This document shows positions 1 through 5,802 of a DNA stretch of 13,140 nucleotides, piece after piece. Each line of letters starts with the position of its first letter. The stretch's first letter is position 1. The notes beneath the pieces were generated by a model that saw only the letters and a program-made list of their open reading frames with translations, did not search any database and was not told the origin of the DNA. Origin of the DNA: Candidatus Xenobia bacterium (GTDB lineage Bacteria; Vulcanimicrobiota; Xenobia; Xenobiales; QWHO01); assembly GCA_045863235.1 (NCBI GenBank), contig BTUM01000133.1, positions 1 to 13,140 on the forward strand, written 5' to 3'. The position numbers were made by a program, and so were the translations under genes.

Positions 1-62
1 CCCGGAAGGGCGGCTTGGTTGCCCGGAAGGGCGGCTTGGTTGCCCGGAAGGGCGGTTGGTTG
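1..62. repeat. Tandem 21-bp REP-like repeat (CCCGGAAGGGCGGCTTGGTTG), 3 visible copies, probably continuing off the left edge
   Basis: Copies at 1-21, 22-42 and 43-62 (third has a 1-nt deletion). GGGCGGC-TTG-GTTGCCC forms an imperfect 7-bp hairpin across unit junctions. Confidence 0.9.
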
Positions 63-67
63 CCCTG

Positions 68-94
68 AGGGTCGTCTGGGATCGCCGACCCTAC
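68..94 (-). repeat. GTAG-type REP-like palindrome
   Basis: Minus strand reads GTAGGGTCGGCGATCCCAGACGACCCT: a 5' GTAG tetranucleotide followed by a stem (AGGGTCG 68-74 / CGACCCT 86-92), the layout of GTAG-family REPs. Confidence 0.5.
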
Positions 95-102
95 TGAGTA
101 AA

Positions 103-495
103 TCGAACGTACGCTCGTCCCCCGCGGGGACGAAACTCCTGCCGAACACCCTCGCGCCAGCAGGTCACAATGCCTGCCTCAGAGCCAGTTGGGGACTCGC
201 CCTCGAACGTGTTGGGACTCGCCCTCGAACGTATGCTCGTCCCCCGCGGGGACGAAAATCCTGCCGAACACCCTCACGCCAGCAGGTCACCAAGCACGCC
301 TCAGAGCCAGCGCGCCTGGGAGCGAGCTTGGATCCCGGGCTCGAACGTACGCTCGTCCCCCGCGGGGACGAAACTCCTGCCGAACACCCTCACGCCAGCA
401 GGTCACAATGCCTGCCTCAGAGCCAAATTGGGCCTCGCCCTCGAACGTACGCTCGTCCCCCGTGGGGACGAAAGTCCTGCCGAACACCCTCACGC
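103..495. repeat. Array of four ~85-bp structured direct repeats with short variable linkers
   Basis: Units start at 103, 225, 341 and 441 (periods 122, 116, 100); the fourth is truncated after 55 bp. Core TCGAACGTACGCTCGTCCCCCGCGGGGACGAAACTCCTGCCGAACACCCTCACGC contains the hairpin TCGTCCCC-N3-GGGGACGA. Confidence 0.95.
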
Positions 496-572
496 GATTT
501 CAACCTTTTTTCAGCCTCCAGGGGTAATCTGACCCAGACATCGGGCCAGGGCCCGATGCGTTGCTTTCTCTA

Positions 573-612
573 CCCGTGGCCGGGAACGGTCGACGGGTGT
601 TCGGCGTTTTTT
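573..612 (+). promoter_or_regulatory. Conserved GNRA-capped hairpin followed by a T6 tract (terminator/attenuator-like) in the leader of 71-aa gene copy A
   Basis: CCCGT-GGCCG-[GGAA]-CGGTC-G-ACGGG (573-597; 10 bp with one bulge) and TTTTTT at 607-612. The hairpin is identical in copy B. Confidence 0.45.
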
Positions 613-655
613 CAGGGCAAGCCAGCATAATCAGGTCATCGGAGGTGCGAACCAG

Positions 656-871
656 ATGACCAACCAGACGGAAAACTTCTACCAGGTGCTCAGCTCAGTG
701 TTCGGAGGCTTCAGCCAGAAGCGCCACGACCGCTCCCAGCGCCAGGCCGTCGTCAGCTCGCGCTCGCTTCCCGAGGCCGGCGATGTGCCCGTTGATCGGG
801 TCACCTGGTCCGCCGGTCTGTTTCAGGCCATCTCCGATGACCTGGTCTCGGTCTGGAAGCTGGCCGCCTGA
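656..871 (+). CDS. Small hypothetical protein (71 aa), copy A, C-terminus -KLAA
   Basis: SD GGAGGT at 641-646, 9 nt before the ATG. GC3-rich codons. 13 synonymous vs 3 non-synonymous codon differences from its paralog at 2618-2833. Confidence 0.85.
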   Translation: MTNQTENFYQVLSSVFGGFSQKRHDRSQRQAVVSSRSLPEAGDVPVDRVTWSAGLFQAISDDLVSVWKLAA

Positions 872-937
872 TCGACCGGCCTCGCGGGCCCGACCCTCGC
901 CCGAACATCAGCGACTTCGGGCCTGGAGCGCCACCTT

Positions 938-1915
938 CTACGCCACCCTCCTGCGTGAGCGCCGCTTCCTGGCCACCGCCTGCAACTCTTCTTGCCGCAC
1001 CGTCACGCTGCGTTCACCCAGCTGGACCGGGCTGCGGACTGTCTGCAAGTAATCGAGCAGAACAGCCATGACCTCCTTGAAGAGCTCGATCTCCCCCGCG
1101 TCGGGTAGCGCGCTCTCCTCGAGCCGGGAGGTGCTGCAAAGCATCGGAGCCAGCAACGTGCCGTCGTCATCCTCGCAAAGGGGCAGATTGAGCGTGTCGA
1201 TCTCACGGGCCACGGCCAGCCCATAGTCTTCCGCCGTTGCGTAAGTCAATGCCAGACACGGCAACCCGGACAGGGAGCCCCCGCGCGCGACCTGGCGCAC
1301 GCCGCGAAGGTCGCGATAGATCCCCAATCCTCGCTCCACTCCCTCTGAGCCCAGCACCGAGCAGTAGAGAGGCTCCGGGGTCAAACCTTCGAGCACCAGC
1401 AGCGTTCTCGTCGAGATCCACTCCCAGGCCGACAACTCCCAGAACTCCCCGGCCAGCTCGAACATCTCCAACACCAGGTCAGGGCCCACCCCTTCCTGGT
1501 CGAGGTAGCCATCGGCGAGGCTGGCCAGCGCTCCCTCCATCTCGGCCAGGATGCCCTGGATCGAGGAGGGGTCGGACATCACCGCCACCTGCGTGTGCAG
1601 AGGTGCCAGGGCTGTTTTCAGGTGGCGAGCCACGGCCGGGTTGGCCACCAGTACACGCTGAGGACGACCGGCCAGCGAAGGCGGCGCCGGAGCCAGCATC
1701 GCCTGAATCAGGGACTCGAACAGCGCCTCAGCTTCGGAGAGAGCGCTGGGACTGGCGCTCAAGCTGCGCAACTGTCCTTCCTGGTCGGCCCACAGAGTCA
1801 GGCTCATCTCGCCTTCCACCGAGTAAGAGATCTCGCGTCGACCTCCGGCGAAAACGCTGCCCTTCAGGAGTGGGAGCTTGAGGATCTTCTTGAGGATAGA
1901 ACGACTGAGCTGCAT
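938..1915 (-). CDS. DUF6930/DUF7309-like hypothetical protein (325 aa)
   Basis: ATG at 1915 with SD GGAGG at 1929-1925. Motifs AMLAPAPPSLAGRPQRVLV and FWELSAWEWI...LYCSVLGSEGVERGLGIYR resemble, from recall, the cyanobacterial-type DUF6930 + DUF7309 proteins. Confidence 0.7.
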   Translation of the reverse strand: MQLSRSILKKILKLPLLKGSVFAGGRREISYSVEGEMSLTLWADQEGQLRSLSASPSALSEAEALFESLIQAMLAPAPPSLAGRPQRVLVANPAVARHLKTALAPLHTQVAVMSDPSSIQGILAEMEGALASLADGYLDQEGVGPDLVLEMFELAGEFWELSAWEWISTRTLLVLEGLTPEPLYCSVLGSEGVERGLGIYRDLRGVRQVARGGSLSGLPCLALTYATAEDYGLAVAREIDTLNLPLCEDDDGTLLAPMLCSTSRLEESALPDAGEIELFKEVMAVLLDYLQTVRSPVQLGERSVTVRQEELQAVARKRRSRRRVA

Positions 1916-1923
1916 CGACAAAC

Positions 1924-1947
1924 GCCTCCCATCAAATGACAGGAGGC
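1924..1947 (-). promoter_or_regulatory. Anti-Shine-Dalgarno hairpin over the RBS of the 325-aa gene
   Basis: mRNA GCCUCCUGUC-AUUU-GAUGGGAGGC forms a 10-bp stem with two G-U pairs that covers GGAGG. Confidence 0.55.
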
Positions 1948-1973
1948 TCTTCGACGCCGGTCTTGAAATTCAT

Positions 1974-2387
1974 TCAAAGCGAGCGCATAGACATTTGCTG
2001 GCGGTAGCGGACCCCGAAATAGCCTCCCACCAGGGCAGGCACCGCCAGGGCCGCCGGCCCGACGAAGACTGCCGCCACCGAGCAGGAGACGTTCAGAGCC
2101 GCCCCCGCCAGCATCGCGGGGGAGACCCCGGTCGGGGCCGATCTCGGGCCTTCCATCAGCAGCCCCAACGGCACCGCTCCGACCAGAGGAATGGCCGAGA
2201 GGGTGGAACCCACCACCGCCGCTCGGAGCAAGCGCCACGGGGAGGGAGGCCTGGCTCTGGGAGCGGAGTTTCCCCAGCCCCGGCACTCAAAGGATTCCTC
2301 GGGGGCCTTGTTGACGGACCGAACTCTCCCTCTGGCCTGGCGCTGGGCGAAGTTGAGAGTCCGCAGGAACGAGATTGCGTTGCTCAT
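1974..2387 (-). CDS. Hypothetical membrane protein (137 aa), possibly leaderless
   Basis: Basic N-terminus followed by 2-3 Gly/Ala-rich hydrophobic segments. -10-like TATCTT at 2399-2394 lies 6 nt before the ATG; no SD. Confidence 0.6.
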   Translation of the reverse strand: MSNAISFLRTLNFAQRQARGRVRSVNKAPEESFECRGWGNSAPRARPPSPWRLLRAAVVGSTLSAIPLVGAVPLGLLMEGPRSAPTGVSPAMLAGAALNVSCSVAAVFVGPAALAVPALVGGYFGVRYRQQMSMRSL

Positions 2388-2399
2388 GCCGACAAGATA

Positions 2400-2416
2400 G
2401 CTCGAACAGTTCGAGC
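2400..2416. promoter_or_regulatory. Perfect 8-1-8 palindrome, putative operator
   Basis: GCTCGAAC-A-GTTCGAGC immediately upstream of the TATCTT -10 box, in the divergent intergenic region. Confidence 0.45.
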
Positions 2417-2534
2417 CGATCCAAAATCACAGACTGCTTGTGTTAACAATGTCAGCGATTTCAGCCTTCTTTCAGGCTCCACGGCTAATCTGGCAAAGAC
2501 GCACGGGCCAGGGCCCGAAGCGCCGCTTTCTCTA

Positions 2535-2574
2535 CCCGTGGCCGGGAACGGTCGACGGGCCTTCGGCATTTTTT
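2535..2574 (+). promoter_or_regulatory. Conserved GNRA-capped hairpin + T6 tract in the leader of 71-aa gene copy B
   Basis: Same hairpin as 573-597 at 2535-2559; TTTTTT at 2569-2574. Confidence 0.45.
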
Positions 2575-2617
2575 CAGGGCACTCGAGCATAATCAGGTCA
2601 TCGGAGGTGCGAACCAG

Positions 2618-2833
2618 ATGACCAACCAGACGGAGAACTTCTACCAGGTGCTCAGCTCGGTGTTCGGCGGTTTCAGCCAGAAGCGCCACGACCGCTCCCA
2701 GCGCCAGGCCGTCATCAGCTCGCGCTCGCTGCCCGAAGCCGGCGAGGGTCCGGTCGACCGGGTCACCTGGTCCGCGGGCCTGTTCCAGGCCATCTCCGAC
2801 GACCTGGTCTCGGTCTGGAAGCTGGCCGCCTGA
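2618..2833 (+). CDS. Small hypothetical protein (71 aa), copy B, C-terminus -KLAA
   Basis: SD GGAGGT at 2603-2608. 68/71 aa identical to 656-871, with mostly synonymous nucleotide changes. Confidence 0.85.
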   Translation: MTNQTENFYQVLSSVFGGFSQKRHDRSQRQAVISSRSLPEAGEGPVDRVTWSAGLFQAISDDLVSVWKLAA

Positions 2834-2940
2834 GCTTCGCATCGGGCAATGTGCTCGAAATGCGGCGAGCGAGCATTCTTGGGTCTCTTCAGCCAGACAT
2901 CCAGAAGGTCCAAACCTCAGGACACAGAACGGACGGACCT

Positions 2941-3702
2941 ATGACAAAGATGAGTTCTGGCCGCTTCTGCTGGCACGAGTTGCTGACCACCGACCCGGCG
3001 AAATCCCTGACCTTTCTCGAGGCCTTGCTGGGCGTCAAGGGGAAGGGATCGCAGCACGCTCCCGACGCGTACACCGAGCTCTATGCCGCAGAGAGCCCCT
3101 TCGGCGGCCTGATGGCCACGCCCGACCCCGCCATTCCCTCATGCTGGCTGGGCTACATCCTGGTCGAGGATCTCGCCCGCGATACCGAGCGGGCCCGGGA
3201 GCTGGGAGCCGAGGTCCACATGGCCAACCAGGAGATCCCCAAGGTGGGACGCTTCTCGATGCTGAGAGACCCTCAGGGAGCGGTCTTCTACCTGTTCCAG
3301 AGCCAGGACGAGATGCCCGCAGGGGAAGTGGCGCCCGGAACCGTATGCTGGAGCGAGCTCCACAGCCCCGACCTGGAGGGCTCGACCGCATTCTACTCGC
3401 AGCTGCTGGGGTGGAAGCAGAAGACACTCCCCTTGCCGGGCTTCCAGTACACGATGTTCGAGCAGGGGGGTAAGGACGTGGCCGGCATGATGGCGGCCCA
3501 GAGCGGCACCCCCCCCTTCTGGCTGCACTACTTTCTGGTGCAGAACACCGACCAGACCTGTGAGAAAGCGCTCGAGCTGGGAGCCCGGGTCATGGCGCCC
3601 CCCAGCGACGTCCCCGACATGGGGCGCATGGCGGTGCTGGCCGATCCGACCGGGGCTGTCTTTGCCCTCTGGGCCCCGGTCACGGCGGGGGTCTCTCAGT
3701 GA
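2941..3702 (+). CDS. VOC family (glyoxalase/bleomycin resistance) two-domain protein, Rv0577/CFP32-like
   Basis: Two tandem VOC modules: GRFCWHELLTTDP...GRFSMLRDPQGAVF and GTVCWSELHSPDL...GRMAVLADPTGAVFALW. Start is ATG 2941 or 2950. Confidence 0.9.
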   Translation: MTKMSSGRFCWHELLTTDPAKSLTFLEALLGVKGKGSQHAPDAYTELYAAESPFGGLMATPDPAIPSCWLGYILVEDLARDTERARELGAEVHMANQEIPKVGRFSMLRDPQGAVFYLFQSQDEMPAGEVAPGTVCWSELHSPDLEGSTAFYSQLLGWKQKTLPLPGFQYTMFEQGGKDVAGMMAAQSGTPPFWLHYFLVQNTDQTCEKALELGARVMAPPSDVPDMGRMAVLADPTGAVFALWAPVTAGVSQ

Positions 3703-3881
3703 AGGGTTAGCACCCCGGCCGCGATGAGGACCAGAGAGAGCGCCACGAAAAAGAGCCTGGCGCCGGTGTGCCCGAGCAGGGAAACGACCGGTCGGGTTCT
3801 GCGGTGTCGCCAGAGCCAGGGGCTGGGACTGAGAGCCCCCAGCAAACTCGAAACCCCGGCCAGGATCATCAGCCAGCTCAT
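3696..3881 (-). CDS. Imm17-like small membrane (immunity-type) protein, ~61 aa
   Basis: LAGVSSLLGAL..PWLWRHRRTR.VVSLLGHTGARLFFVALSLVLIAAG: two TM helices around a W/basic loop and a GxxGAR motif, matching my recollection of Imm17. The start could be 3905 (TTG), 3890, 3881 or 3869. Confidence 0.55.
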   Translation of the reverse strand: MSWLMILAGVSSLLGALSPSPWLWRHRRTRPVVSLLGHTGARLFFVALSLVLIAAGVLTLH

Positions 3882-3927
3882 CAGTTGCACCAGCAATGAC
3901 TTCAAGCCGGCTCGCGCCTGACCTCCC

Positions 3928-4548
3928 TTGATAGACCTCAAGAAGAAGTCCGAGGAGATCGTGCTGCGCGCGGGTGGCATCGTGAACCCGGACCTGCCAG
4001 AGCTCAGCCCTCACCGCGAGCTCCGCTCGCAAGAAGCCATCCTGGGCCGAATGCTGGCTCTCTATGCGATGGTGGGACTGATCTACGTGGTCAGCGAGCC
4101 CATCATCAAGTGGCTCGAGGCCAACGACCTGATGATCTTCGTTTCCCCGGAAGAGCGGCGACTGCTCGCTTCCGATGTCACCTCGCAGGAAACCCATGTC
4201 TTGGAGTGGTCGATCGAATCGATCTGGGCCTTTGCGTGGATGCTGAGCCTGGTGAACGAGCTGCCCTTTACCTGGCGAGCAGGCGAGGCGATCCCCGAGG
4301 GGTTCCCCAGCATCCTCGAAGGAGAAAGCTGCGCGGCACTGCGCCAGAGAGCGCACCTGCGTCCCCGAGAGGAGATCGTAGCCCAGCTCGACCTTTACTA
4401 CCGGCTCGGCTGGTGGACGCGAGACCGGATGCAGAACTTCGCCTACGTCGAGCACGTCAACTACGATGCGGTGATGGAGCGCCTCAAGGCACTGGACTGG
4501 GCGCTCAGCCTCGAGGACTGGGACGAGGTCGACGTGCGCAACCGGTGA
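3928..4548 (+). CDS. DUF4272 domain-containing protein (206 aa)
   Basis: Characteristic WSIESIWAFAWML, LRPREEI...DLYYRLGW and VMERLKALDWAL...DWDEV motifs. The TTG start is uncertain. Confidence 0.8.
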   Translation: MIDLKKKSEEIVLRAGGIVNPDLPELSPHRELRSQEAILGRMLALYAMVGLIYVVSEPIIKWLEANDLMIFVSPEERRLLASDVTSQETHVLEWSIESIWAFAWMLSLVNELPFTWRAGEAIPEGFPSILEGESCAALRQRAHLRPREEIVAQLDLYYRLGWWTRDRMQNFAYVEHVNYDAVMERLKALDWALSLEDWDEVDVRNR

Positions 4549-4556
4549 TCAAGCAC

Positions 4557-4586
4557 AGAAGCCCGCCGTAGCGGGCTTCTCGTTTT
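4557..4586. terminator. Intrinsic terminator-like hairpin between the convergent DUF4272 gene and tRNA-Ala
   Basis: Perfect 10-bp stem AGAAGCCCGC-CGTA-GCGGGCTTCT (4557-4580), then CGTTTT on the + strand. Confidence 0.75.
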
Positions 4587-4661
4587 GGTGGAGGAGAAGG
4601 GATTCGAACCCTCGACCTTTGCATTGCGAACGCAACGCTCTCCCAGCTGAGCTACTCCCCC
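4586..4661 (-). tRNA. tRNA-Ala (anticodon CGC)
   Basis: GGGGGAGTAGCTCAGCTGGGAGAGCGTTGCGTTCGCAATGCAAAGGTCGAGGGTTCGAATCCCTTCTCCTCCACCA: 76 nt, G3-U70 alanine identity pair, A73, encoded CCA, TTCGAA T-loop, anticodon loop TT-CGC-AA. Confidence 0.98.
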
Positions 4662-4676
4662 GAGCAGAACGGATTG

Positions 4677-4705
4677 ATTATAGGCAATGAGAGCGCCCCG
4701 GTCAA
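4677..4705 (-). promoter_or_regulatory. Sigma70-type promoter of tRNA-Ala
   Basis: TTGACC (4705-4700), 17-nt spacer, TATAAT (4682-4677). The -35 box overlaps the stop codon of the upstream gene. Confidence 0.85.
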
Positions 4706-5724
4706 GAAGCGGCGGCCACCGGAACGCGCACGCCGCCCACCACCAGGTAGCCGGCCTGGCGCTTCACGCCGGAGGTCTGGCCGGGATTGGCCAGCTGGTG
4801 TACCTCCGCGGACATCTCTTTGAGCCGAGCGAGCTGCTGCTCCCACCCGGCCAGGTGGCGCTCCAGTGTCAGAATCTTCTTCTCGCGCCGCAGCATGACG
4901 TGACCCACCGTTGTCAGGGCGGCCGAGCCGCCGAAGCCCAGCGCGATGCCAGTGGCTCCCAGAAAGGGCAGTCCGACCAGGCCCAGGATCATGCCGCCGA
5001 CCGCCCCATAGCCCACCTTGAGCATCTGCTTGCGCAGGGCCTGCTGCTCTTCGGCCAGGTTGGCACGCACCTCGCTCAGCGTCGCCTCGGGCCGGGCCGA
5101 GAGGCCCGCAAAATCGTGCTCCACCTCGCTGAGGGCGGCGGCGTGGCCGGGCTGGTCCAGGTTTGCCGCCAGATAACCCCGTGAGGCTTGCATGAGATCG
5201 AGCACTTCCTCCCGGGTGGCGGGAGTGTCCGGCCGGACCGACGGCAGGGCCTTGAGCCACTCGCCAGGCGCCAGCGGGGGGACTGTGGCCACCCGCGTCC
5301 AGCGCTCGAGCATCTCGCCGGTCTCTTGATAGAATCGGTCATTGCTAAATCCGCCGTAGCCTGCGATGAAGGCCAGAGCGGCTGCCCCTGTGCCTACGAT
5401 GGGGGCGATCATTGCGCCCGTGGGAAAGCTTCCGGCCAACGCCAGACCGGTTGCCGCCCCGGCAGCCAGCAATCCAGCGCCCACCACAAGACCCTTACGA
5501 CCGCCCGAGCGCGAATCAGCCCGCAGCCTGGCAAGCTCGCTGTGCATTGCGGCCGTGTCGGCCCCGGGAATCTGCTCCAGGCGATGGGCCTCGCGCAGCA
5601 CGACGGCCCGGGCGGCAGCGCTGCCCGGGTCGGAAAGCTCGGAGCTCTTGAGGCGGTCGGCCCGTTCGTAGACCGTCCTCATCACGGCGTCCCGGCCGAG
5701 GACGTGGACCTGCATGTCCTCCAA
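4702..5724 (-). CDS. Hypothetical membrane protein (~340 aa) with two internal repeats, each ending in a Gly/Ala-rich TM hairpin
   Basis: Long ORF with two hydrophobic hairpins and the repeated motif LxxPGxAAAxxxVxx[ED]xxxLxxxPxA. Start is TTG 5724 or ATG 5715. Confidence 0.75.
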   Translation of the reverse strand: MEDMQVHVLGRDAVMRTVYERADRLKSSELSDPGSAAARAVVLREAHRLEQIPGADTAAMHSELARLRADSRSGGRKGLVVGAGLLAAGAATGLALAGSFPTGAMIAPIVGTGAAALAFIAGYGGFSNDRFYQETGEMLERWTRVATVPPLAPGEWLKALPSVRPDTPATREEVLDLMQASRGYLAANLDQPGHAAALSEVEHDFAGLSARPEATLSEVRANLAEEQQALRKQMLKVGYGAVGGMILGLVGLPFLGATGIALGFGGSAALTTVGHVMLRREKKILTLERHLAGWEQQLARLKEMSAEVHQLANPGQTSGVKRQAGYLVVGGVRVPVAAAS

Positions 5725-5802
5725 CTCACGCCCCCGGTCCAGGGGGTAAAGGGGCGAATGTTACGCAGAGGTTGCCGCTTCGTCAGCCTCGAAACCCCAG
5801 CC

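Larger units (their letters stand above)
494..871 (+). repeat. Copy A of a ~380-bp duplicated block (structured leader + 71-aa CDS)
   Basis: Aligns with 2455-2833 from GCGATTTCA to the TGA stop (offset 1961-1962). Similarity stops right after the stop codon. Confidence 0.95.
2455..2833 (+). repeat. Copy B of the ~380-bp duplicated block
   Basis: Direct repeat of 494-871. Invariant non-coding stretches 2525-2559 (=563-597) and 2586-2617 (=624-655). Confidence 0.95.

Noticed and set aside
112..168. Hammerhead ribozyme (stem II-GAAAC...GTC look-alike)
   Set aside because: The essential CUGANGA core before the stem is absent on both strands, and the base after GAAA varies between copies.
103..495. 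CRISPR array
   Set aside because: The conserved part is 85 bp, linkers are 15-37 nt, linkers 1 and 3 are related to each other, and there are no cas genes in the window.
19..630. ORFs 19-630, 170-532, 189-527 and 287-493
   Set aside because: They are translations of the repeat array. Unit periods of 122, 116 and 100 are not multiples of 3, so the same peptides recur in different frames.
494..871. tmRNA or tmRNA fragment, suggested by the LAA-stop ending
   Set aside because: No tRNA-like 5'/3' ends. The ORF has its own SD and ATG and shows codon-level selection along its length.
899..922. Hairpin GCCCGAA/TTCGGGC as a terminator between convergent genes
   Set aside because: 10-nt loop, no T tract, and not conserved after copy B.
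938..4585. Integrated element at tRNA-Ala
   Set aside because: No integrase and no duplicated tRNA 3' end (att site) visible in the window; one further left cannot be excluded.
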